From positions 1 through 44,886 of the forward strand of contig JACCTQ010000121.1 in the NCBI GenBank assembly GCA_013812265.1: a DNA stretch of 44,886 nucleotides. Direction: 5' to 3'. This document shows, in pieces, positions 37,152 to 44,886 of this stretch (its first letter is position 1; each line of letters starts with the position of its first letter). The position numbers and the translations under genes were made by a program. Under the pieces are notes generated by a model. The model saw only the letters and a list, made by a program, of their open reading frames with translations, searched no databases and was not told the origin of the DNA. Source of the DNA: Actinomycetota bacterium (GTDB lineage Bacteria > Actinomycetota > Thermoleophilia > Gaiellales > Gaiellaceae).

Positions 37152-38788
37152 CCGTCAGGGCCCTGGGAGAGAAGCGCCAGAAACTCTTCTCCACCGAGCA
37201 TGCGCTCGATCTCCTCGCGCCGGTCGTCGTCGGCGAGCGGCTCGATGCGTGTGTGGGTGGGGTCCCCCGGCACCTTCTCCACGCGGAAGTGGCGGTCGGC
37301 CAGGCTCGCGATCTGCGGCAGGTGGGTGATCGTGATGACCTGAGCGCGCTCACCGAGCCTGCGCAGCGTCTCGCCCACCGCGTGAGCGGTCCGCCCTCCG
37401 ATGCCCGCGTCGATCTCGTCGAAGACGATCGTCTCGCCGCCGGCGACGGCCGCGATCGCGAGCGCTATGCGCGACAGCTCGCCGCCCGACGCCGTCTCGG
37501 TGACGGGCGCCAACGGCAGGCCGGGGTTCGGCCTGATGAGGAACCTCGCCCCATCCGCGCCGGCCGGGCTGAGCTCCCGCTCGGAGAGCTCCACGAGGAA
37601 CTCCCCCTCCCCCACGCCGACATGCCGAAGCTCGCGCGAGACCGCCTCGGCAAGCAGCTCGGCCGTCGACCTGCGTGCAGCTCGGAGCTCGTCGCTCAGT
37701 GCCCGCGCACGGGATTCTGCGGCGGCCAGCTTCTCTGAGGAGGCGCGGGCTGGGTCGAAGCCCGCTTCCATCCTGCCGAGCTCGCCCCGTGCCGCCTCAG
37801 CTCGTTCGAGCAATTCCGGGAGCGACCCCACGCGAAACCGGCGCTTCAGATCGGAGATCCGCTCGAGTTCCTGCTCGATCTCCTCCAGCCGGGCCGGGTT
37901 GGTTTCCAGCGAGGCGAGCAAGCCGCGCAGCTCGGTCCCGGTCTCGCGAAGCCGCAACGCGACCTCGCGGAGCTCTTCGCCGGCTCGCGCCAGCTCGGGC
38001 GCGAGCCCTTCGAGCGGGGCTACCGCCCGCTCCGCGGACGCGACGAGGTCGCCCGCACCTCGTCCGTCGTCGGGCGCCAGCGCCTCGACGGCGGCCGAGG
38101 CGGCTTGACCGAGCTCGGCTGTCCGCCGCACCCGTTCCCGTTCTCCGCGGAGGACGTCCTCCGTCTCCGAGCCCAGCCCCGCGGTGTCGTCCGCAAGGGC
38201 ACGGAGCTCGTCGATGCGGGCTCGCGCCCGGGTAGCGTCCTCGGCGATCTCCTGGTGCTGACGGCGCGCCGCAAGGAGCTCCTGCCACGCGCGCCGAAGG
38301 TCGCGACGGCGACGCAGCTGCTCCTCGCCCACGAACGCGTCGAGAACATCCAGGTGGTAGGCCGGTTGTGCAAGACGCCGCTGTTGGAACTGGCCGGACA
38401 TGGCGATCAGCCGCTCCGCGACCGCCGCCAGGTCCTCCCGCGCGATACTTCTTCCCCACGCGTAGGCCCGCGTTCGGCCGTCCGGAAAGATCCGGCGCGC
38501 AAGAACGATCCAGTCCTCGCCCTCCGGGCGAAGCTCGGCTAGCGCCTGGAGCCCGTCCTCCTCGAAGAGGCCGTCGGGGAGGTCGAGCTCGGCCTCCACG
38601 TACGCCTCAGGGGCATCCGCGCCGATGAAGCCGGCCTCTCCTTTCACGCCGAGCAGAAGCCCGATCGCTTGGGCAAGGATCGTCTTGCCGGCGCCGGTCT
38701 CGCCGGTGATGGCAGTCAGCCCCGGACCCAGCTCCAGCTCGGCCTCGCGGATGAGGACGAGATTCTCGATGCGCAGCCTGCGCAGCAC
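37148..38788 (-). CDS. recN: DNA repair protein RecN
   Basis: (V)LRRLRIENLVLIREAELELGPGLTAITGETGAGKTIL... with a C-terminal ...SGGELSRIALA...VFDEIDAGIGG... Start set at GTG 38788, with AGGAG 5 nt upstream. Confidence 0.93.
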   Translation of the reverse strand: MLRRLRIENLVLIREAELELGPGLTAITGETGAGKTILAQAIGLLLGVKGEAGFIGADAPEAYVEAELDLPDGLFEEDGLQALAELRPEGEDWIVLARRIFPDGRTRAYAWGRSIAREDLAAVAERLIAMSGQFQQRRLAQPAYHLDVLDAFVGEEQLRRRRDLRRAWQELLAARRQHQEIAEDATRARARIDELRALADDTAGLGSETEDVLRGERERVRRTAELGQAASAAVEALAPDDGRGAGDLVASAERAVAPLEGLAPELARAGEELREVALRLRETGTELRGLLASLETNPARLEEIEQELERISDLKRRFRVGSLPELLERAEAARGELGRMEAGFDPARASSEKLAAAESRARALSDELRAARRSTAELLAEAVSRELRHVGVGEGEFLVELSERELSPAGADGARFLIRPNPGLPLAPVTETASGGELSRIALAIAAVAGGETIVFDEIDAGIGGRTAHAVGETLRRLGERAQVITITHLPQIASLADRHFRVEKVPGDPTHTRIEPLADDDRREEIERMLGGEEFLALLSQGPDG

Positions 38789-38825
38789 CTTCGCTCCTAC
38801 CAGCACCGCCGCCGGCTCGACGACG

Positions 38826-39668
38826 TCACGTCGCGAACGTCTCCCGGTAGCGGGTAAAGAAGGTCGACTCGGGCAGAGTCGCAAGCCTGCTTCGCAGGGC
38901 GCCCAGCCGCACGTCGACTCGGCCGCCCGGGTCCACGCGGCTGACCTCGTGGCCGTCGGCCAGCACGCTCACGGCCACGTCCGGGGTCGCATTCACGACG
39001 GCCAGGTCGCGGCTGCGCGGAACGACGAGTGGGCGGGCGTCGAGGGAGTGGGGCGCGATGAAGGTCACGGCCATCGCATCGAGACCCCAGACCATGACGG
39101 GGCCGCCGTTCGAGAGGTTGTAGCCCGTCGAGCCGACAGGCGTGGCCGAGATGACGCCGTCACACCGCTGACGTCCGAGGTGCTCGCCCCCCACGGACCA
39201 GTCGAGCTCGACCATGCGGCCGAGGGTCGCGCTCGTGACCACGACATCGTTCACCGCCGTCCTCCTTATCCCGCCCACGTCCGCCTCGAGGGTGGGTAGC
39301 TCCACGACCTGGAGGTCGCCAGCGAACACGCGGCGAAGATCCTCTTCCAGGCGGTCGGGCCGGATCGCCGTGAGGAAGCCGATCGTGCCGAAATTGACGC
39401 CGATCACCGGGACGGATGTCCCCAGAAATCGCTGGAGGGCGCGAAGCATCGTCCCGTCACCGCCGAGGACGATCCCGATGTCCGGGGAGTCCGGGTCGCC
39501 GGCGGCCTGGTCGCGACCGTGCTTGTCGAGCTCATCTTCGGGCAGTGAGAGCGTGACACCGCTCGCCCGGGCGAGGGCCTCCACGCGCGCGAGCGCGGGG
39601 CCGATCGTCTCCGGCTTGCCGTGGGTGATCAGCGTGGCCCGGCGTATGGGTTCAGCTGACTGCGACAT
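38826..39668 (-). CDS. nadK: NAD kinase
   Basis: ...IGIVLGGDGTMLRAL...VIGVNFGTIGFL...NDVVV... ATG 39668 is preferred and overlaps the tlyA 3' end by 17 nt. Confidence 0.9.
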   Translation of the reverse strand: MSQSAEPIRRATLITHGKPETIGPALARVEALARASGVTLSLPEDELDKHGRDQAAGDPDSPDIGIVLGGDGTMLRALQRFLGTSVPVIGVNFGTIGFLTAIRPDRLEEDLRRVFAGDLQVVELPTLEADVGGIRRTAVNDVVVTSATLGRMVELDWSVGGEHLGRQRCDGVISATPVGSTGYNLSNGGPVMVWGLDAMAVTFIAPHSLDARPLVVPRSRDLAVVNATPDVAVSVLADGHEVSRVDPGGRVDVRLGALRSRLATLPESTFFTRYRETFAT

Positions 39669-40422
39669 CGATCCAGCGGTCGAGCTCGCTCGGAAGCTCT
39701 GGGGAACCCTCCGCGACGAGATGGAGGAAGAACTCACGATTGCCCTTTGGTCCCGGCAGGCCCGAGTCTACGACTGCCACGGTGGCCGCACCCCAGCCGA
39801 GGGCCGCCTCGGCCACCGCCCGTAGGACGTCCCGGTGCACGCTCGGGTCGCGCACGACCCCGCCCCGGCCCACCTCGGCGCGGCCCGCCTCGAACTGAGG
39901 CTTGACGAGCACCAGCGCCTGCCAGCCCGGCGCCGCGAGCCGGAGCGCGGGCAGCAGCGCCTTCCGCACGCTGATGAAGGAGACATCACACGTGAGCAGC
40001 TCGGGCGCGAATGGCAGCTCCCCCACGACACGTACGTTCACCCGTTCGAGCACGGTGACCCGCGAGTCCGACCGCAAGCGAGAATGGAGCTGTCCGTATC
40101 CGACATCGAGCGCGATCACCCGCGCTGCACCGCGCTGGAGCAAGCAGTCGGTGAACCCGCCCGTGGAGGCGCCGATGTCGAGACAGGCCTTCCCCCGCAC
40201 GTCGATGCGCAACGCGTCGAGGGCGTGCGCCAGCTTCTGACCGCCGCGGGAGACGAACGGAGGCGGCCTCTCGACGCTGAGCGGAGCAGAAGCCTCGACC
40301 TGAGTCCCCGCCTTGGCGTACCCGTGCACCAACCCCGCCATGACGAGGGACTGCGCCTGCGCGCGGCTCTCGGCGAGGCCCCGCTCCACGAGGAGCACGT
40401 CCAGCCTTTTCTTGGTTCCCAC
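39652..40422 (-). CDS. tlyA: TlyA-family rRNA 2'-O-methyltransferase
   Basis: (V)GTKKRLDVLLVERGLAESRAQAQSLVMAG (S4 domain)...FVSRGGQKLAHAL...CLDIGASTGGFTDCLLQRGA... Confidence 0.9.
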   Translation of the reverse strand: MGTKKRLDVLLVERGLAESRAQAQSLVMAGLVHGYAKAGTQVEASAPLSVERPPPFVSRGGQKLAHALDALRIDVRGKACLDIGASTGGFTDCLLQRGAARVIALDVGYGQLHSRLRSDSRVTVLERVNVRVVGELPFAPELLTCDVSFISVRKALLPALRLAAPGWQALVLVKPQFEAGRAEVGRGGVVRDPSVHRDVLRAVAEAALGWGAATVAVVDSGLPGPKGNREFFLHLVAEGSPELPSELDRWIDVAVS

Positions 40423-40437
40423 CTCGAAAGCGTAGTG

Positions 40438-41211
40438 TCAGGAGACCCGCGTGCTAAGGGTCGAAACGATCGCGGCCAGGATGGACGTGTCAGCCGGAAA
40501 CGTGTCGAGCAGCGCGGCGGCGCGCTCGGCGGTCGTGTCCGCGAGTGCGCGCGCCTGCTCAGGCCCGTGCTCCCGGGCATACCCGTCCCCGTCGAGCAGA
40601 TCGTCGACCACCTGAAAGAGCAAGCCCACCTGGTCGCCGAACCGGCGCCACCCGGCTTGGTCGGCCTGAGGCACCTCGGCCACCCACAACGCACAGCCGA
40701 TGCAAGCCGCGAACAGCCGACCGGTCTTGAGACGATGGAGTGCGAGCACGTCGCCCGTCTCTCCACGGACATCGATGTACTGACCCCCGATCATCCCGAG
40801 CGTCGCCTGGGCGAGCTCGCGGGCCACCTGCGGGGACGAATACGTGAGGGCGAGTCGGAAGGCCTCCGCCAGCAAGGCGTCGCCGGCGAGGATGGCGGTG
40901 GCTTCGCCGAACTCGGCATGAACGCTCGGCCGGCCGCGGCGGAAGGCGTCGTCGTCGAGGGCGGGCAGATCGTCGTGCACGAGCGAGAACGTATGCACGA
41001 GCTCGAGCGCAGCCGCAGCGGGCAGCAGGGAACGAGGCTCCACTCCGACCGCTTCGCCCGTCGCCAGGCAGAGGAGCGGCCGGATGCGCTTGCCGCCGCC
41101 GTCCAATGCATATCGAGCCACGGCAGCGAGCTGCCCCAGCTCGGGCGATAAACCTAGGTCTTCTAGGTATTCTTCGACGAGCTCTCGGAGCTCGTCAGGA
41201 CTCGCCGGCAT
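40438..41211 (-). CDS. ispA: Polyprenyl (farnesyl/geranylgeranyl) diphosphate synthase
   Basis: FARM LVHDDLPALDDD and SARM FQVVDDLLD motifs. ATG 41211 (MPASPDELRELVEEYL) is used because the track N-terminus is an Arg/Ser extension. Confidence 0.88.
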   Translation of the reverse strand: MPASPDELRELVEEYLEDLGLSPELGQLAAVARYALDGGGKRIRPLLCLATGEAVGVEPRSLLPAAAALELVHTFSLVHDDLPALDDDAFRRGRPSVHAEFGEATAILAGDALLAEAFRLALTYSSPQVARELAQATLGMIGGQYIDVRGETGDVLALHRLKTGRLFAACIGCALWVAEVPQADQAGWRRFGDQVGLLFQVVDDLLDGDGYAREHGPEQARALADTTAERAAALLDTFPADTSILAAIVSTLSTRVS

Positions 41212-41395
41212 CGGCCTCTCGCTTCGCCCGCTCCAGCTCCATCTCGACCTGACGGGCAATCTCCGCGAGCTCCGCCAGGATCCCGATCGCGGCATCCGCG
41301 TTGCCCTCGGCCGACACCTTGCCGAGCTCGGCACGCGTCTCTTCGAGGCGGGAGAGCAACTCCTCGGCCCGCTGCAGCGAGTCGGGCTCGGTCAC
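41195..41395 (-). CDS. xseB: Small coiled-coil protein at the xseB position (probable exodeoxyribonuclease VII small subunit, divergent)
   Basis: 66 aa, (V)TEPDSLQRAEELLSRLEETRAELGKVS...ELERAKREADAGES. The size, helical character and position directly upstream of ispA fit XseB. The usual LE-x-G-x-L-x-LE core is not clear, so the call rests mainly on synteny. Confidence 0.55.
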   Translation of the reverse strand: MTEPDSLQRAEELLSRLEETRAELGKVSAEGNADAAIGILAELAEIARQVEMELERAKREADAGES

Positions 41396-41772
41396 GCAGC
41401 CTTCTCTCGCTGGATCCGTCCGAGAATCCCGTTCACCAGCCTGCCGGCGTCATCCGAGGCATAGCGCTTCGCAAGCGAGACCGCCTCGTTGATTGCCACT
41501 TCTGCCGGCACACTGCCTCCCTCCAGCTCGTGGATCGCGATGCGGAGCACGTTTCGCTCCACGGCACCCAGCCGGTCAGCTGTCCAGCCCTGCGCCGTGG
41601 CGCTGATCCGTTCGTCGAGCCGCCCAGCCTCGCGCGCGACGGCCTCGGCCGTCTCCTGGGCGAAGGCATCGACGTCACCCTCGTACAACGACGTGAGCGG
41701 CTGTCCGGTGACGTCCCACTGATAGAGGAGAAAGAGGGCTGTCCTGCGCGCGGCGCGTCTGCCCTGGGTCAT
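41392..41772 (-). CDS. nusB: Transcription antitermination factor NusB
   Basis: MTQGRRAARRTALFLLYQWDV...VERNVLRIAIHEL...VAINEAVSLAKRYASDDAGRLVNGILGRI. ATGA overlap with the accC stop. Confidence 0.9.
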   Translation of the reverse strand: MTQGRRAARRTALFLLYQWDVTGQPLTSLYEGDVDAFAQETAEAVAREAGRLDERISATAQGWTADRLGAVERNVLRIAIHELEGGSVPAEVAINEAVSLAKRYASDDAGRLVNGILGRIQREKAA

Positions 41773-43130
41773 GAGAGGGTGAGAGCGCCGGCCCGGCCGG
41801 TCGTGTGCTCGCTCAGGTAGCTGGTCGAATAGCGACCCGACGCGAACTCCTCGCTCCGCAGCACGTCGATGGCGAAATCGCGGGTCGTCGGAATCCCCTG
41901 GATGTCGAGCTCCCGGAGCGCGCGTATGCAGCGTGCTATCGCCGACGGGCGGTCGGCGTCCCACACGATCACCTTGCCGAGCAACGAGTCGTAGTACGGC
42001 GAGACGACGGTGCCCTGCTCCACGTGTGTGTCGAAGCGCACACCGGGGCCAAGCGGTGGGCGCAGACGCTCGATCCGACCGGGCGCGGGCGCGAAGTCCC
42101 GCGCCGGATCCTCGGCGTTGATCCTAACCTCGACAGCGTGCCCGCGCCGCTCGGCGCGACCGGTGCTCTCGAGCGGCTCGCCGGCTGCGATCCGAAGCTG
42201 CTCCCGGACGAGATCGACGCCGGTCACGAGCTCCGTGACGGGATGCTCGACCTGGAGACGCGCGTTCAGCTCGATGAAATAGAACGAGCCGTCCCTGGCC
42301 AGGACGAACTCGAAGGTTCCGGCGTTTCGGTAATCGATCGCATGGCACGCCCGCTCGGCGGCCGCCTCCATCTCCTCGCGCACAGGGGGCGAGAGCGCCG
42401 GAGACGGCGACTCCTCGATGAGCTTCTGATGCCGGCGCTGGATCGAGCACTCCCGCTCGCCCAGCGTGAGGACGCCTCCGTACCCGTCGGCCAGCACCTG
42501 CACCTCGACGTGCCGGGCCGGAACGACGGCCTTCTCGAGATACAGGCCGCCGTCGCCGAACGCCGCTTCGGCCTCCGCCGACGCACTCCCGAAAGCGGTC
42601 TCGAGCTCCTCGGGCGTCTGAATCAGTCGCATGCCGCGACCCCCGCCGCCGGCGGTCGCCTTGAGCAGCACCGGGTATCCCAGCTCCTCCGCCGCCGACC
42701 GAACCTCGCCAGGCGTGCCGGCGCGCTCGGTACCGGGCACGAGTGGGACGCCTGCGCGCGCGACCTCGGTCTTCGCGACCGCCTTGTCTCCCATCCGGGC
42801 CATGGTGTCGGCGCTCGGCCCGACGAACACGAGATCGTTCTCGACGCAGGCCTGGACGAAAGCGGGGCTTTCGGCGACGAACCCCCAGCCGGGATGAACC
42901 GCCTGACAGCCGGTCGTCGTCGCGGCCGCGATCAAGGAAGGGATCCGCAGGTAGCTCGCGGACGCCGGCGGTAGGCCGATACAAACCGCCCGGTCGGCAA
43001 GACGAACGTGCAGCGAGTCGCTGTCGGCGGTGGAGTACACGGCCACGGCCTCCACGCCCAGCTCGTGGAGCGCGCGGATGACACGGACCGCGACCTCCCC
43101 ACGGTTCGCGATCAGGACTCTGGAGAACAT
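41769..43130 (-). CDS. accC: Biotin carboxylase
   Basis: MFSRVLIANRGEVAVRVIRALHELGVEAVAVYSTADSDSLHV...LLKATAGGGGRGMR...ECSIQRRHQKLIEE... is canonical. Confidence 0.93.
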   Translation of the reverse strand: MFSRVLIANRGEVAVRVIRALHELGVEAVAVYSTADSDSLHVRLADRAVCIGLPPASASYLRIPSLIAAATTTGCQAVHPGWGFVAESPAFVQACVENDLVFVGPSADTMARMGDKAVAKTEVARAGVPLVPGTERAGTPGEVRSAAEELGYPVLLKATAGGGGRGMRLIQTPEELETAFGSASAEAEAAFGDGGLYLEKAVVPARHVEVQVLADGYGGVLTLGERECSIQRRHQKLIEESPSPALSPPVREEMEAAAERACHAIDYRNAGTFEFVLARDGSFYFIELNARLQVEHPVTELVTGVDLVREQLRIAAGEPLESTGRAERRGHAVEVRINAEDPARDFAPAPGRIERLRPPLGPGVRFDTHVEQGTVVSPYYDSLLGKVIVWDADRPSAIARCIRALRELDIQGIPTTRDFAIDVLRSEEFASGRYSTSYLSEHTTGRAGALTLS

Positions 43131-43131
43131 C

Positions 43132-44886
43132 TCACAGCGCGTCTACCGGTCGGACGACGAGTGGCTCCAGCTCGAACAGCAGCTGGCCGAACTCGACCGG
43201 GTCGGCATTTCTCACGTGGATCGCCCGGACCATGCCGCCCGCCTCCGCCTTCACTTCGTTCATGAGCTTCATCGCCTCGAGGATGCAGAGCGTCTGGCCC
43301 GGGACGACGGTGGCGCCTTCCTCCACGAAAGGAGCGGCGCCCGGTTCCGGAGCTCGGTAGAACGTCCCTACCATCGGCGCCTCGACCCGAATCAGCCCGT
43401 CGCGGGACGGCAGGGGCATCGGTTCCGCTCCGGGCCCTTCCGTGACGAGCCCGGTGGGCTCCGCTCCCTCGTCGGTTCGCCTCACGGAGACGCGAATCCC
43501 GGCCTCCTCCACCGTCAGCTCGGCAACCCCGGATTCCTGCACGATCCGTACGACCTCTCGAATCTGGTCCGCCCTCGTCCGCTCCACTCCACTCGACTCG
43601 AGGGTCTCCTCACCACCGCGGGCCCGGATGGAGCGAAGGAGAGGAGCCGCCTCGTCGCCGAACAGCGCCAGCAGCAAGAGTTCCTCTTCGCTCGCAGCCA
43701 GCCCGGCGGCCTGCGAGCGCAGCTCCTCGAGATCGGGAGCCTGCTCCGACGTGCCAAGATCCTCGGAGAGGAGGTCGGCCGCGCGCCGCACGGTCGTGTC
43801 GATCGGCCCCGGAGGGTCTCCGTAGCGACCTTCGAGCAGCTCGCGCAACTCGTCCACAAGGAGCTCGTACCGCGTAGCAGAGAGGACGTGAATGAGGGCC
43901 TGCGAGGCAAGGATCTGGCCGATCGGGGCGGCGAGAGGCGGCCAGCCGACCTCCTCCCGGATCCGTCTCAGCTCATCGAGGACCTCGTCCATGCGATCGG
44001 CTGCCGCCTGGGCGCGGAGCTGCGCGTCGAGCGCTGCGACGAGACCGGCAGGAAGCCGGTGCTCGGCGGCCCGCACGGCGATGCGCGGGGCGATCCGGGT
44101 CACAGGCTCGTCTCCGATGTGCTCGTCCACGAGCTCGGAGGCACGCCAAAGCACGTCGACGGAGACCCCGGTGCCGAGTTCCAGGCCGGCGAGGGCCTGC
44201 GCCAGCCCCTCCCCCGACACGCGGTGCAGCGTGAGCGCCACGGGATAAACCGCGCAGGCGATCCGGTCGGCGCCCGCGCGAGCCGCTTCGAGGGCCGCGG
44301 CGAGTGCGTTGCCGCCGGCTCCCTGCGAATAGATCCCGACCGGAAGGCCGCTCGTCTCGCGCAATGCCGCCACGAGCTCGTGGGCGCGGGCAGGCTCCAG
44401 GGATCCGGACGGGTCGTGCACGAGAACACGGGTCGCCCCGAGGTCGGGCAGCCGCCGAGCCTGCTCCAGCAGAGCCTCGATCTCGCCCGCGTAGCCCGAT
44501 CCGTACACGAGGCCCGCGTGGAACTCGCGGCCGGCCGCGACGATCGCCTCTCCCGCCTCGCGCAGATTCGAGACGTCGTTGACGGGATCGTGCAAGCGGA
44601 AGATCTCGATGCCGTTCTCTGCTGCCGAGGACACGAATCGGCGTGCGAAGTCCCCGCCGACGGGGCGCGAGCCAACCAGGAATCGACCCCTGAGGGCGAG
44701 GCCCAGAGGCGTGCGGGTACGCGCGTTGAGCGCGCGAATGCGCTCCCAGGGACTCTCGACGCCGCGACGCACAGCAGCATCGAAGACGCCTCCTCCACAC
44801 ACCTCAAGCGAGGCGAACCCAGCGCCGTCGAGTATCTCGGCCAGGCGAAAGAGCTCGGAGGCCGGAATGCGGCTGGCAAGCGGCTC
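43132..44886 (-). CDS. Carboxyltransferase (PycB/OadA 5S-type, HMGL-like) fused to an AccB-type biotin carboxyl carrier domain (5' end off the window)
   Basis: The frame stays open to the window edge (EPLASRIPASELFRLAEILDGAGFASLEVCGGGVFDAAVRRGVESPWERIRAL...). The C-terminus ...EAPMVGTFYRAPEPGAAPFVEEGATVVPGQTLCILEAMKLMNEVKAEAGGMV...PVEFGQLLFELEP matches AccB nearly residue for residue. Confidence 0.85.
   Translation of the reverse strand, partial: EPLASRIPASELFRLAEILDGAGFASLEVCGGGVFDAAVRRGVESPWERIRALNARTRTPLGLALRGRFLVGSRPVGGDFARRFVSSAAENGIEIFRLHDPVNDVSNLREAGEAIVAAGREFHAGLVYGSGYAGEIEALLEQARRLPDLGATRVLVHDPSGSLEPARAHELVAALRETSGLPVGIYSQGAGGNALAAALEAARAGADRIACAVYPVALTLHRVSGEGLAQALAGLELGTGVSVDVLWRASELVDEHIGDEPVTRIAPRIAVRAAEHRLPAGLVAALDAQLRAQAAADRMDEVLDELRRIREEVGWPPLAAPIGQILASQALIHVLSATRYELLVDELRELLEGRYGDPPGPIDTTVRRAADLLSEDLGTSEQAPDLEELRSQAAGLAASEEELLLLALFGDEAAPLLRSIRARGGEETLESSGVERTRADQIREVVRIVQESGVAELTVEEAGIRVSVRRTDEGAEPTGLVTEGPGAEPMPLPSRDGLIRVEAPMVGTFYRAPEPGAAPFVEEGATVVPGQTLCILEAMKLMNEVKAEAGGMVRAIHVRNADPVEFGQLLFELEPLVVRPVDAL

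Noticed and set aside
36019-37353. Upper part of the 593-aa ORF 35572..37353
   Set aside because: It is out of frame with, and fully overlaps, the convincing steA gene. The composition is Arg/Pro-rich. Only the last 148 codons (the SRPBCC protein starting at TTG 36018) look real.

Overview
The window is very GC-rich by eye (I did not compute the value) and is tightly packed with chromosomal housekeeping genes. It looks actinobacterial. The minus-strand run tlyA-nadK-recN-steA-(SRPBCC)-mctB-like-(GT2)-pyrG matches the M. tuberculosis Rv1694-Rv1699 order. The upstream accC-nusB-xseB-like-ispA-like part resembles the B. subtilis accBC...recN region. About 45 protein genes are supportable. They include murA, dnaE2/imuB, ppdK with its regulatory kinase, an M32 carboxypeptidase, glyQS, recO, mutM, a deoB/pdp operon, ald, pyrG, recN and accC. 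Many are joined by 4-nt ATGA/GTGA/TTGA stop-start overlaps. I found no tRNA, rRNA, CRISPR array, IS element, integrase or recognisable defence or toxin module. This looks like core genome rather than an accessory island, and I cannot point to a clearly novel multi-gene system. Most of the other long track ORFs are Arg/Pro/Gly-rich frame shadows of real genes. The features most worth a second look are:
- A LexA-controlled imuB-dnaE2 mutagenesis cassette with two tandem SOS boxes abutting the start codon, no imuA, and an imuB frame broken by one in-frame TAG. The ImuB C-terminal module continues in the same frame.
- A comB-like gene remnant with three frameshifts and an internal deletion.
- An imidazoleglycerol-phosphate dehydratase-like protein that has lost most metal-binding histidines, coupled to murA and ridA.
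- A carboxyltransferase fused to an AccB-type biotin carrier at the accB position.
- A GT2 fused to a polytopic membrane domain in the steA/mctB/pyrG locus.
- A secreted metzincin-like protease with QExxH in place of HExxH.
- Three small ORFs below the track cutoff, two of them translationally coupled to their upstream genes.
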